Below are positions 1 through 12,419 of a DNA stretch of 64,000 bases, one piece after another (the stretch's first letter is position 1; each line of letters begins with the position of its first letter). Under the pieces are notes generated by a model. It had not been told where the DNA came from and searched no databases. It saw nothing but the letters and a program-made list of their open reading frames with translations. This DNA comes from Mobula hypostoma (lineage: Eukaryota). The stretch covers positions 113,400,001 through 113,464,000 of the forward strand of contig NC_086107.1 in the NCBI RefSeq assembly GCF_963921235.1. Reading direction: 5' to 3'. The position numbers and the translations under genes are program-made.

Positions 1-720
1 ATCAATAATGGGTGACAAGGGCGTTCCCATGGCCTCTTGTTCATAGTAGTTCCCCTTACTGAGGAAGTTCATCGATGTAAGGATGTATTCAAAAAGGTCA
101 GTGGTGGCCTTACGAAACCTTGACCGCAGGAGGGCCAAGCTGTCCTTAATGGGAACTCTCATGAACAGGGACACCACGTTGAAACTGACCACTATGTCCT
201 CTGGGTTCAGCTGGATGTTGGTGAATTGTTTTAATGAAGACAGTTGAATTCGTGATGTGATGCTCAGAGTCCCTAACAAAGTCGTTAAATGCTTAGCAAG
301 GTAGTAAGTTGGAGAATCTATTCCACTGACAAGGGGACTCGGGGGGGGGGAGTCCCTCCTTGTGTGTCTTAGGGAATCCGTAAAGTCTTGGTGGTACTGG
401 TGCCTGAGGCTGTCCAGCCTTGCATATGTCTGCTGGCAGTCCAGATTTCTCCAGTAAAGCGGAGGTCAACGTCAGAATCAAATCTGTGAGATCCTGCTGT
501 AGAACTTCATAGGTGGGATCATCCAGAACCTGTTGGACTTTCCTGTGGAATTCCTCCGAGGACATCAAGAGCGTTGCATTTGCTTTGTCCGCTGGTAAAA
601 TCGTGATGGCTGGATTTCGCTGTAGTGCCTGGAAGGCCAGCTGCTCTCCTTTCATGAAGGTAATACAGATTCTCTCTGTGCCTCCCTGATCATTATTACT
701 AAGGGGTACATCCATGTAAT
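1..720 (-). mobile_element. Penelope-like element reverse transcriptase fragment
   Basis: ILPADKANAT...DDPTY...PRLYGFPKTHK, then in another frame VSFNVVSLFMRVP and YYEQEAMGTPLSP; frameshifted. Confidence 0.8.
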
Positions 721-846
721 GCTACACATACGAGTGCACAGTCACACATCCCCAATGGGCTTAATGATTACTTAGTGAGGAATGTCCTAACCGCCTCTTT
801 CCCTGCGCAAGGGAAGAGCGAAATGTGATTCCTCCTTGGTAATACT

Positions 847-1051
847 TTTTTTTTAAATTTTATTTTTATTTGGATAAGGAGTTCACAATTATCATGTACT
901 TTTTTCACACATATAACCTTTTCCATTTTTTTATATGTATAAAACTACAATTATTTATACATTCTTAAGTACACATTGAGATGATATAAAAGCAAAATAA
1001 ACATTTAAATAGATAATTATGTACTGTGGTAAATCTAACCTATTAGGCTAA
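847..1051 (-). mobile_element. 5'-truncated poly(A) retrotransposon (L1-like 3' end) with 8-bp TSD
   Basis: Poly-T at the left end on +; GTAATACT duplicated at 839-846 and 1052-1059. Confidence 0.7.
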
Positions 1052-1384
1052 GTAATACTAAGCTAAAATGGCAGTCTGCAAGACAGAATGGTGTTAGCTT
1101 AGAGTGGGACTGTTTTGAGAAAGTAAAAGCAGTACAAGACTACAGCCATGATAGTGGACACCACACCTGAGGAAGGTGAGACCATGCTGCAGGTGCAGGT
1201 ACCAAATGCATGGGAAAGTACGAGTGTAAAGGGGCTTGAAGGGTAGAACAACGGGCAATTCCTTTGCATGAGGGAGGGAAGGAGGGGGATAGAAAAAGGG
1301 GAGAATCCTCTCTCAGGACTAGTGGTAGCACTAGGAGGTGGAGAAGATAGGGATAAGTATGTCGAGATGGTGAGAGTACGTTGG

Positions 1385-2520
1385 GGGGGAGGGGAAGAGA
1401 GAGAGGGAAGGAAGGGGGGATAGGGGGGGTGAGAGGGAGGAGGTGGTGAGAGGTGGAGGTGGTGAGGGGGAGATGGTGAGGGGGAGGTGGTGAGAGGGGG
1501 TGAGGGAGGGGGAGAGGAGGAAGAAGGGGTGAGGGGGGTGAGGAGGGGGGCTAGAGGGAGGAAGGGGGTGAGAGGGGAGAGGGGTGTGAGGGAGAGAAGG
1601 GGGTGTGTGGGAGAGAGGGGGGTGTGAGGGAGAGAGGGGGGTGTGAGGGAGAGAAGGGGTGAGGGAGAAAGGGGTGTGTGGGAGAGAGGGGGGTGAGGGA
1701 GAGAGGGGGTGAGGGAGAGAGGGGTGAGGGAGAGAGGGGGGTGAGGGAGAGAGGGGGTGAGGGAGAGAGGGGGAGGGAGAGAGGGGGTGAGGGAGAGAGC
1801 GGGGTGAGGGAAAGAGGGGGGTGAGGGAGAGAGGGGGGTGTGAGGGAGAGAGGGGGGTGTGAGGGAGAGAAGGGGTTGTGTGGGAGAGAGGGGGGTGTGA
1901 GGGAGAGAGGGGTGTGAGGGAGAGAGGGGGGTGAGGGAGAGAGGGGTGAGGGAGAGAGGGGGGTGAGGGAGAGAGGGGGGTGTGAGGGAGAGAGGGGGTG
2001 AGGGAGAGAGGGGGGTGTGAGGGAGAGAGGGGGTGAGGGAGAGAGGGGGTGAGGGAGAGAGGGGTGAGGGAGAGAGCGGGGTGAGGGAAAGAGGGGGGTG
2101 AGGGAGAGAGGGGGGTGTGAGGGAGAGAGGGGGTGAGGGAGAGAGGGGGTGAGGGAGAGAGGGGGTGAGGGAGAGAGGGGTGAGGGAGAGAGGGGGGTGT
2201 GAGGGAGAGAGGGGGCGAGGGAGAGAGGGGTGAGGGAGAGAGGGGGGTGTGAGGGAGAGAGGGGGCGAGGGAGAGAGGGGTGAGGGAGAGAGGGGGGTGT
2301 GAGGGAGAGAGGGGGCGAGGGAGAGAGGGGTGAGGGAGAGAGGGGGGTGTGAGGGAGAGAGGGGGCGAGGGAGAGAGGGGTGAGGGAGAGAGGGGGTGTG
2401 AGGGAGAGAGGGGGCGAGGGAGAGAGGGGGGTGAGGGAGAGAGGGGGGTGAGGGAGAGAGGGGGTGTGAGATAGAGTGTGGTAAAGAGAGTTATAGAGCA
2501 AGTGACAGAGAGGTAGAGTG
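1385..2520. repeat. G/A-rich tandem repeat (~16-20 bp units, GGGAGAGAGGGGG(GT)GTGA)
   Basis: Directly visible; nearly pure purine on +. The Pro/Ser/Leu ORFs on the minus strand are artefacts. Confidence 0.95.
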
Positions 2521-2848
2521 AGTGACAGAGAGATGTAGAGAGGTAGAGAGATGTATGAAATGTTCCCTTCACCATTCTGCAGATCAGCTTATCCTGAGCT
2601 GCTGCTTCATAATCCATTTGTTTTCATTGTTGTACTGCATGCTCCAATAAGGAGATTTCTTGTGGTTTAACATGTGTACTGTGACTCCTTTGTTTACAAA
2701 TACATATGCAAGTGTCCCTTGCTGAACCAGGAAAGAACACGGAACAAACTTTACAGTATTTTCATTATACTCTGTGCCAACAACTGCACAGCGCCCTGTA
2801 AGGCAGAGAAGGTGATTTGTCCGACAAAGGGGGCTAGTTAATGCTCAC

Positions 2849-2991
2849 CTGCTCATTGACATCCGCAGCTTTGCTTTCAAACTCTGGACTCTCGTTCTGT
2901 CCATACTCGCTGATGAATTCTTGATTGATCACCCGCAAACTTCCCACATAGTAGAGTCCGACCTTTTCACTGTTGTCTTTGGACTGGTTAG
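2849..2991 (-). CDS. TMPRSS6: SEA-domain first exon of matriptase-family TTSP
   Basis: tttctctcatctcctcctcag|CT AAC...GAG CAG|gtgagc; 143 nt, phase 1 in (matches the TM exon) and phase 0 out. Encodes (T)NQSKDNSEKVGLYYVGSLRVINQEFISEYGQNESPEFESKAADVNEQ, a typical SEA start (YxGSLRVxN..F......ES..F). The gene continues beyond position 1. Confidence 0.88.
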
Positions 2992-3153
2992 CTGAGGAGG
3001 AGATGAGAGAAATTTGGGTAGGCCGCTGTTGGACTGGGTCCATTGTCCCTGACCTGCTCAGGGCTGCCAATGATGTCAATGGACTTTGTCCCATGCCTGT
3101 CTCACTGACAAATGACAATAAATCTGATTCTGAATGTGGGGAGAAAGAAAAGG

Positions 3154-3796
3154 CGTCACAACCACAGACTCTGCTGTGGCGTCTACGCACCCGCACACGT
3201 GGACTAAGGAGCAGGTTCTGCAATTGCGTTCGTGAGCATGCACATTCCAGCTAAATACTGTCTCGTTATGCCGGTATTTAACTCCCTTCTTTTCGTTCTA
3301 GTCTCGTCGAGACTTGACCAACAGCACAGCAACGTTTACGCTCCTCATCGTTGAAAGAAGACTACCATTTTAACTGGTGCTGTCAAGGAGTGGTATCCGT
3401 TCAGTATTTAGTTGTGGCTTCCGGCCACAGTGTTGGTGTTTTGAGAGTTTTAGTTAACGTGTTGAGTTCTGTTCATATGGGCTATGTAAGCATTTAGTTG
3501 GGAATGTTTGCTTTCCCTGTTATGGGGACATGCATGAGGGGAGTTGAAGGGATGTTGGGTAAGAAAATAGCAGCCTTGTGTACTAAATGTGAACGGAGAA
3601 AGTAAATTTGTTAAAACCAAAAAAAATCGTCTGTTGTTTGAACATTAACAAATAGCCCCGTTGGCCTAGCGTTTATTGTTTTCATTTTCCTTTAAATTCT
3701 GCAAAGTTCTCATTAAGGCCAGTGAACTGTTGGCCCACTCCAGTGTCAGTGTGTCTCTCTCTCTTCCTCTCCCTCCACTTGGGCCATATCTGAACA
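3154..3796 (+). mobile_element. Probable solo LTR with 5-bp TSD
   Basis: Begins (C)GTCACA, a likely mutated TG start, and ends ...TGAACA. AAAGG flanks both sides (3149-3153, 3797-3801). Internal TATTTAA at 3275-3281. Confidence 0.5.
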
Positions 3797-3979
3797 AAAG
3801 GGATTAGTGCAGGATTATTGTGAGTAGGTGTTTGAGAATTAGTCAGGACTCAGTGGCGGAAGGGCCTCTTTCCAAGGTGTATGAAACTCATTTAAAATTC
3901 CCCTGTGGCTGTACTCATAGAAACATTGGGTCCACAATATTTTGCTGACTGTTCAACCAACTCTAAGGTCAATCTAAAC

Positions 3980-4220
3980 TCCGCCATGGACGGTCCCAAG
4001 CCTGGCTGCGGAAGGAGGCGGGTTGGGCATGGGGGCTGGTGACCCCACCCGCAGAAGTCCAGAGGTACGGAAACGCCAAAGACCTCATCCTTGGGAGACG
4101 GAGGACCTTCACCTAGATGGGCTTCACCTGGACTTGAAAGACTGGCCCGGGACAGACGACCCTGGCGAGCTGCCGTTGGTGGCCTATGCTCCAGTCAGAG
4201 TGATAGGCTGAAGAAGTAGA
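3980..4220 (+). mobile_element. Short RTE-derived non-autonomous element
   Basis: RTE-type 5' motif (ggacggtcccaagcctgg...gggttgggcatggggg) joined to a 3' end encoding WRAAVGGLCSS and a gaagaa tail. Confidence 0.5.
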
Positions 4221-4959
4221 TCAATCTAATCCTTCTTCCTGCATAGCCCTCCATTTTTCTGCCATTCATGAGTGTACCTCAGAGTTCCTTAATCGTTCCT
4301 AAAGTCCCTGCCTCTGCCACCACTCTAGACAGGGTGATCCACACACCTACCACTCTCTGTGTAAGAATTTACCTATGGCATTTCCCCCTCCTATACTCTC
4401 CTCTAATCACCTTAAAATTATGCCCCTGATGGTAGCCATTTCCTCCCTGGGAAGAAAGCATCTGGCTCAATCCGTTCCTCTTGTCGGAAGGTTTGTGAAT
4501 GAAAAGTACGCTCAGTAATGCCTTTGCCTTCAGCGTCAGTGGTGCAGAGAGATTTCCCCTCGCCCTGAGGCCTCCTACGTCTCCATGGCCTACTGCCGAT
4601 GGTCTTGCCCATCACACAGGGATCCCGCTTACCTTCTGCGGGATGTGGGAAGGTCTCTGGGGCTCACGGTTGCCGCGGCAACACAGCTCCAACCTGACGT
4701 TGGCAGGGCCTATTTCAGGCTCAGTGAATCACACCTGGCCCTCTGCTCCCCAAGGAGGCACAGAACCCTCAGCTGTGCAGCCTATCCTGGTAAACAAAGG
4801 CATCAAAAACAAGTGCCCCAGTACAAGCAGCAACGAGAACGTGGGTGACTGGCAGCTCAACACGAAAATATTTCCCGCGATCTTCACGCGACATGGAATG
4901 AATTCGCTTTACAGTTCAAGGGATTACCCTTCAGATGGTGTCTGTACTCCGTAAAAACA

Positions 4960-6210
4960 CAAGATATAGGCACAGAATTAGGCCATTTGGCCCATCAAAT
5001 CTACTTTGCCATTTCATGATGGCTGATCTATTTCCCCCCTCCGCCCCAAATTCCTGCCTTCTTCCCATATCCTTTCACACCCTGACTCATCAAAAATCTA
5101 TCAACCTCTGCCTTAAATATACCCAATGACATGGCCTCCACAGATTTCCACAACGAATTCTACAGATTCACCACTGTTTAGCTCAAGAAATTCCTCCTCA
5201 TCTCCATTCTAAAAGGACGCCCCTTTATTCTGAGGCTGTGCTCTCTGGTCTTAGACTCCTCCACATCCACTCTACTGAGGCTCTTCACAATTCGATAGGT
5301 TTCAATGAGGTCACCCCTCATTCTTCTCAATTCCAGTGAGTAAAGAGTTTGTATGATCTCCCCATGGATACATGGGTTTCATCCGAGTGCTCTGGTCTCC
5401 GCCAACATTCAAAAGACGTAGGGTTAGGGTTAGGCTGCACGGATGCTGCATTGACACTGACAGCATGGTGCCCCCTCCCCGTACATCCTCGGACTGTGTT
5501 GGTTGTTGATGCAAAACGATGCATCTTTCGCTGCATGCCTTGATGTACATTTGACAAGTAGAGCTAATATTTTAAAAATCACTTCTCTTTTATCTGCTGG
5601 AGGAAGTCAGCAGATCGAGCAGCATCTGTGGGGAAGAGGGGCTGTCGGTGTTTGGTGATGAAAGCCTGCGTTTGGAATGAATCTTGCATCGCAGAACATA
5701 CAGCGGGACAGCAAACTGCAGGTCCCTTGGCCCACTATGTTGAGACAACCTTTGAACCAAATTCAATCTAACCCTTCCCTACTCCACAGCCCTCGATTCT
5801 TCTAGCACCCACGAGCCTAATAAATACCCCTAATGTATCTACCACTACCACCACCCCGGTAGTGTGTTCCACGCACCCACAATCCTCTATGTAAAAAAAT
5901 CTACCTCTAACATTCCCACTATACTTTCCTTCAATCAGCTTAAGATTATTCCCCATCGTATTATCTATTTCTATCCTGGTCTCTGACTTGGCCTTTAATC
6001 ATTGTGTACACCTCTATCAAGTTTCCTCTCATCCTCCGACTCTCCAAAGAGCAAAGCCCCAGCTCACTCAACCTATCCTCATGCGACATGCTCTGTAGTC
6101 CAGGCAGCATCTTAGTGAATCCCCCCTACACCCTCTCTAAAGCTTCCACATCCTTCCTATAATAAGGTGACCAGGACTGAACACAATATTCTAGGTGTGG
6201 TCTAACCAGT
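4960..6210 (-). mobile_element. CR1/L2-type LINE 3' fragments (several)
   Basis: Minus-strand translation SLVRPHLEYCVQSWSPYYRKDVEALERV and typical CR1 3' tails. Confidence 0.8.
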
Positions 6211-7399
6211 GATTTTCTGCACTGAAACTTTGATTCACAGTTTCTTGGAACATCTGTACATATGGCACAATGTTCTGAGATAAATTGAGACTTGAACGCA
6301 GCATGACCTTTCAGCAAAGTGGCGGCCATTTTGTGTTGGCACTTGAGACCCCCCAACAGCAGGGCAACGGTGACCATCCATTGTGAAGCGGCCTGAGGGA
6401 TTAACGTCGGGAAGTCCACCTGCCGTGGCATTAACAAACTGTCCTTAGACCGGTTCCTGCACAGACTGAGATCAACTACTGACCCGTGGCTCAGTTACTG
6501 CTACTTTCCTTGCCTGCCCATTGCCTCAGAATCAAAATCGGTTTAATATCCCTGGCATATGTTGTGAAATTTGTTAACTTAGCAGCAGCAGTACAATGAA
6601 ATACATGATAAATAAACATAGAGAAAAAACTGAGTTACATTAAGTATATGTCTATTAAATAGTTAAAATAAGTAGTGCAAAAAAAAACAAATTAGAAAGT
6701 AGTGAGGTGGGTTCAAAGTCCATTTAGAAATCATTTGGCAGAGGGGAAGAAGCTGTTCCTGGATCACTGAGTGTGTGCCTTCAGGCTCCTCTCCTCCTTC
6801 CTGATGGTAACAGCGAGAAGAGGGCATGCCCTGGGTGCTGGGAGTCCTTAATGATGGACACCATCAGGTTCAGCCTTATTCCCTGAGCTGGCCTGTGCTA
6901 TTTGCTGGTGGGACAAAGTTGCAGCCTTGCGTGTACCCCAGCCTCTTTGGAACGGTTGTACCCAACTCCCCTCCTGTGCAAGATCGTCCCTTCCTGCTCT
7001 GCCCGGACCTCTCTGTCTGTGGTTTCCTGTACTGTTGTAACAGGCTCGTGGAGCGACACTTCTGGCATCCATTTGCAAAGTAGCGACAACACCCAAGAGA
7101 TAACGACAGTGGAGTACAGCACAGGAACAGGCCCTTCGGTCCACCATGTTTGTCCTAACCCTGATATCAATTTAAGCTGCACAAGGTAGAAGAGTACAAG
7201 ATGATAAGAGACATAAATTGAGTGGGTAGCCGGAGACCTTTTCTTGGGTGGCAATGGCTAATATGAGAGGGCATAATTTTAAGGTGATTGGAGGAAAGTA
7301 TAGGAGCGATGTCAGACGTAATTTTTTTTTAAACAGAGAGTGGTTGGTGCATGGAACACACTGCCAGGGTTGGGGTGTGGTGGTAGAGACAGACACATT

Positions 7400-7900
7400 A
7401 GGGACAATTAAGAAACTGATGTTGTGGTGTTCACTGAGATTGGCAATTGGCTTGCAGACATCTCATCACCAGTTGAGGTGACATCTTCAGTGCGCAGTTG
7501 GTGGTGTTTCTCTCTGGGAGTGCTTGTGTTTATGTAGATCCCTGTTTGCTTGCCTCGCTCCTGATTGGCTACCCCTTCAGTTGACCTTCGAATTCTACTG
7601 GCTTGCGTTTCTTTGGCTCTTAGGGGTCCATAGATGGCGTCTATATCAATATGCTTGCTTACAGAGTTATCAGAAGAGAACCACACTTCTAAGAAGTCCT
7701 GTGCCTGCCTCGTGTTTGCCTGTGCCAGAATCTCCACAGTGTCCCAGTGTCCTTCCCGGTCTTCATGTACCCAGTTCAGTGACAGTGGATCATGTCTCTG
7801 TACTGCCAGTTTGTGCTCCCGTAAACAGTCTGAGAGTTTATGACCTGCCTGGCCTATGTAGCTCTAGATGCAGTCTCCACAGGTGATCCTGTACATCACA
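7400..7900 (-). mobile_element. Penelope-like GIY-YIG endonuclease/3' fragment
   Basis: ILAQANTRQAQDFLEVWFSSDNSVSKHIDIDAIY and a terminal gatgtcacc...gatgagatgtctg motif typical of Penelope-like elements. Confidence 0.7.
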
Positions 7901-9004
7901 TTGCTTGGATCAAATGCCTTAATCCGAGCTACCAATACTTACTACTGTTTAAGAAATTCTTAGATAGGACACGTGGATGGAGGGCTGTGTAGGAGGGAAG
8001 GATTAGATTGATCCTGGAGTAGGTTAAACAGTCAGCACGACATTGTGGGCCGAGGGGCCTGTACTGTGCTGTAACGATCTATCTGCCTGCCAGCACGTGG
8101 TCTAGTTCCCTCCATTCCCCACCTGTTCCTGTGTCTAAATTCCTCTTAACCCTGGTGTCCTATCTGCTTTCGCCACTGCTGGCTCTGCATTCCAGCCACC
8201 TACTACCCTCGGTGTGAAAAGCTTAGACATTTAAATCCCCTTCTAAACTTTCTTCTTATTCCCTCAAAGAGGTGCCTCCAGTATTTGACATTTCTGTCCT
8301 GAGGAAATGACTGACTCTATACATTCAGTCGGACGGGCCTCTCAGCAGAGTAATTAATCCACTTGTCCAACCTCTCCTCATCTCCACCACGGATGGTGCC
8401 AAGCCGGGCAGCGAGAGGCGGAGCGCTGGGCACGGGGCTAGCAAGCCCACCCCATACAAACACAGAGCTACGGAAAAGCCAACACCTCTCCAAGGCGTCA
8501 GCGGTCGCATAACCAGGACTGGCAATATGCACCAGCTGCTCATACGACCATCCACCATCTGCTCCCATGGTTTCATGTGACCCTGATTGGGGGCTGAAGA
8601 GGTTCTACACCTTGTCTGAGGGTGACCTGCAGGCTAATGGAGGGAAAGAACACTTTACACCTCCTTTAGCAGAAATGCATCTCCACCCCACCACCCCAAT
8701 GTTGACATATACTACTTGACAATACATTTACTTTGAACTTTCAACGATGTATACAAACTAATCTTATGTATATACGACCACGCTCAAACATTGCATTTTA
8801 CAGGATTGCTTTAATATTTACAGTATTGTTTTTATTTTGCTCTTCATTGTGTTTTTTTATGCTTTCTGTATTCTGCATCGGATCCAGAGTAGATGCTCGT
8901 GTTTTGAAGAATGACGGGGAGCGATCTTGAATCTTGTACACACCACAGCTTCTATTCGCACTGCAGTTTAAGGTCCCTGTTCCCTGGGATTGTGCTTTTT
9001 AAAA

Positions 9005-9560
9005 GGCCAGAAGATGCAGGAGCAGAATTTGGCCATTTGGCCCATCGAGTCTGCTCTGCCATTCCATCATGACGGATTTATTAACCCTCTCAACCCCAGT
9101 CTCCTGCCTTCTCCCCGTATCCCTTCATGCCCTGACTAATCAAGAACCTATTAATCTCTGCATTAAATGTACCAGGTGACCTGGCCTCCATAGCTGCCTG
9201 TGGCAACAAATTCCACAGATTCACCACCATCAAAGGCTCTTCATCTGACAAGCCGTTCAGTCATGGAATCATTTTTGTGAACCTCCTTTGAACCCTCTCC
9301 AGCACATCCTTTCTAAGGTAAGGGGCCCAAAACTCCTCATATTACTCCAAGTGAGGCCTCACCAATGCCTTATAAAGCCTCAACATTATATCCTTGCTTT
9401 TGATCCAGTCCTCCTGAAATGAATGCCAACATTGCATTTGCCTTCCTCACCATCAACTCAATCTGCAAACTAATCTTCAGGGTGTTCCGCACAAGGAATC
9501 CCAAGTCCCTTTGCACCTCAGATTTTTGAATTTTCTCTCCATTGAGAAAATAATCCACAC
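9005..9560 (-). mobile_element. CR1-type LINE fragment
   Basis: DYFLNGEKIQKSEVQRDLGFLV...KANAMLAFI. Confidence 0.85.
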
Positions 9561-10390
9561 TTGTATCATTTAATGCCAGAGAGGAAAGTAATTGCCAGCA
9601 GGCGGAAGAATGTGGTTAAGCTAATCTACATGCATAGCACTGTTCTGGAGATGTGTGAATAAATCTAACGATGATGCGGAGAACAGTGAGATTCACAGGA
9701 AAATGTTGTTTCCTGCTTGGCATTGCTGCCTGCCGCACCTCCAACATGGTCTCGTGGACGCAGCACGTTCAGAGGAAGGGAGAGGAGAGATCCCGAGGGT
9801 GCTGTTGGTGGTGGGTGCGGGGGTGGTTAGCTTGAGACCAACACGAGAGTCTCCTCATCCTGTCTGCACAAATCCAAATGTGCTGGCTGCAGTCAGGGCT
9901 TTATGCTTTGGCTCTTGGTGGGGTCACCCATGCCAAACAGGTCAAAGGGTAGAGGCCAGACTAAGAGTGGTCCACAGGTCCTCCTGGTTTGGGGGTTCAG
10001 AATCAGAATCAGGTTTATTATCACCGGCATGTGCCTTGAAATTTGTTAACTTAGCAGCGGCAGTTCAATGCAATACATAATCTAGAATAATAATGATAAT
10101 AATAAATAAATTACAGTGTACGTTTGGCTCAGAACTAACAACCCTGACTGGTCAAACAAAACTGTTACGGAGACAGCAATGAAGAATCCTTCTATATCTG
10201 AGTGTGACGGTATTCCTGAGTCTCCAGCCGGGACTTGCATGAGTGACAGTAGTGAAAACCGAGAGGAAGCCACCGGCATGATGAAGGAAGCTGTGAACGC
10301 TGCTGGAGATGAAGGACCTCCATTGCAGCCCGAAACGCCAGTGGCGTAACGGGCAGTAACACATGCAAGTGTGACTGCATCTGCGGGTAC

Positions 10391-11234
10391 TGTGACGAGA
10401 ATACACATAAAATTAAGATGTTTGCTGGCCTGGGTTAGCATCAGTGACATCAGCAAGTGGTCTGCCACCTGTCCTCAGGGGAAGGAGAGATAAGGAACAA
10501 TGGAGCAGCGTCTGGAGATGTGTAGAGAGCTGTCTGGAGCGGCTCCCCCTTTGAACCCTGAACTGTTTGAAGTGATGGACAGGCGATACCCCAGCAGGGG
10601 GATAAAAAGGGACAGGTTCGCTAAGGCAGGACACACACGACACCCGAGGTAACAAGACCCTGGAAGCGGTGCGCCTCTCACGAGTCGGTGGGAAGTATCG
10701 GACAACGCACAGGGTGGAAAGGTACGATCAGCGGGAACCCGGTGTGCGTCCACCCTCGCTTGGGTGCCGGGTTCACTGCAGAGGATCGACCGCATCTGGA
10801 GGAGGGGTCACAGTCGGTGACCTCAGGTGACATCACCAAGGACCTGCCCAAAAGCTGCTTGTGAGCAATTATCGCCGGTCTGTGAGTGGAAGCCGTTTCT
10901 GAATGATCAGTCATTCCCGTTCTCTCTCTCTCTCCCCCACGTTGTCCATCACCATGGCAATGATTACTGCAAACTGAACTACTAAGTTGGATTGAACTTT
11001 GTGTCACTTTGAAATTGGTCATTTATCCCTAGACAACGATAGAGCTTGATGGATGCTGTTATCTTAATTCTGTGCACATGTGTGTTTATCATTGCTGAAC
11101 TGTTGCATTTATTATCCTTTCGATTACTGTGTTGCTTGTTTCTTTAATAAAACTTTCTTAGTTCTAGTAATCCAGACTCCAACTGAGTGATCCATTTCTG
11201 CTGGTTTGGCAACCCAGTTACGGGGTACGTAACA
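10391..11234 (+). mobile_element. Solo LTR (844 bp) with 4-bp TSD
   Basis: TGTGACG...CGTAACA termini (6/7 inverted match); GTAC duplicated at 10387-10390 and 11235-11238; GATAAAAA near 10602 and AATAAA at 11146-11151. Confidence 0.85.
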
Positions 11235-11717
11235 GTACCTATGAGTGAGCATGTTTATGCAAGCGTGTGCGCTTGTGCGCGTGCGGAACTGTGTCTGCAT
11301 CTGTGTGTGCACGTGCGTACTACCCTTCCCTGTGTGCACAGCAATGCGCGTGTGCGGTCCATCCCCGTGCCTGCCTACTCCATGGGGTGTTAACGTACTT
11401 GAGCGCGAGCGTGCATGGCCAGTGGCAGTGTGTGCACGCCGGGGGTGCTTCGGGGGATTCTCTCCCTCACCACCACCACCAGGCGTTTATATCTCATTGC
11501 AGGGTGCCTGTGCAGGTGCTGGGGGAGAGGTGGGCTCGGGAAGTCTTGGGAGAACTGATAGACAGCATGGAACCACCAAATTACTCATTGAACATCTCCC
11601 CTCACAACAATTCCCAAGACATCTGTTGGCAGTTAGCGAGGTCAATTTGTACAGCAGACTGCGGCTAGATCACCTGCACAGGAAGTAGATCATTTGCACG
11701 GGAAGTAGGTCACTTAC

Positions 11718-11832
11718 TCAGGAAGTACCAGGCAGCAACGGCAGCTCCGGCAACCATCAGTGCTCCCACCAGAACAGAAATAATCGCTATTATCCTGCAG
11801 TTCGCATGCGTAGACTTTGTGATAATTGCCCC
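11718..11832 (-). CDS. TMPRSS6: Transmembrane exon of matriptase-family TTSP
   Basis: ttctatcttcctctag|GGG...CTG A|gtaagt; 115 nt. Encodes GAIITKSTHANCRIIAIISVLVGALMVAGAAVAAWYFL, a hydrophobic signal anchor ending in WYFL as in matriptase-2. Phase 1 out. Not present in the ORF track in this frame. Confidence 0.85.
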
Positions 11833-12419
11833 CTAGAGGAAGATAGAATGCATTGTCATCCAGGTACTCAGGTATATACAATCGCCGGATGTGCAGGGAC
11901 ACATTCTGTGAAAAATGGACACCGGCTACACACCGACACCGGGTGGAGTCTGGAGGAAGGGTCATATTTGCTGCCCTGACCTGGTTGGTCTCCTGATGTG
12001 GTTAAATATACCCCTCACCCCCACCCCTCTGTCTGAGAGTAATTGTGGTATTAAGTGCCAGTGTGGCAGCCACATCCCCATCCCGAAATGAAAGCAAAGT
12101 AATACTTTACTTTGTTTTGTTACATTCCCTCCATCTGGACTCACAGTCATGGTGAGGAGGGGTATCTCCGAGGCTGCGTTGGACACTCCAGGAATACAGC
12201 AAGGAACAACTCCTTCCGGCCCTTCAAGCCTGGTTGTCAGAAACCCACCGATTTAACCCCAACCTAATCACAGGACAATTGACAATGGCCAATCAACCTA
12301 CCAGCTGGTAGGTCTTCGGACTCTGGGAGGAAACCGGAGCACCCGGAGGAAACCCTTGCACACACGGGAAGGAACGTACAAACTTTCTCATAGAGGATGT
12401 CAAAAGTGAACTCCAATAT

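Noticed and set aside
1331..2617. 428-aa and 316-aa Pro/Ser/Leu-rich ORFs
   Set aside because: Translations of the GA-rich tandem repeat.
2580..2722. Possible next TMPRSS6 exon after an acceptor-like tttcctggttcag
   Set aside because: The phase-0 translation QGTLAYVFVNKG...RIS* has no SEA similarity and ends in a stop without a convincing donor.
10116..10349. 77-aa acidic ORF beside the solo LTR
   Set aside because: No recognisable domain or splice sites. It lies outside the LTR TSD and antisense to the host gene.
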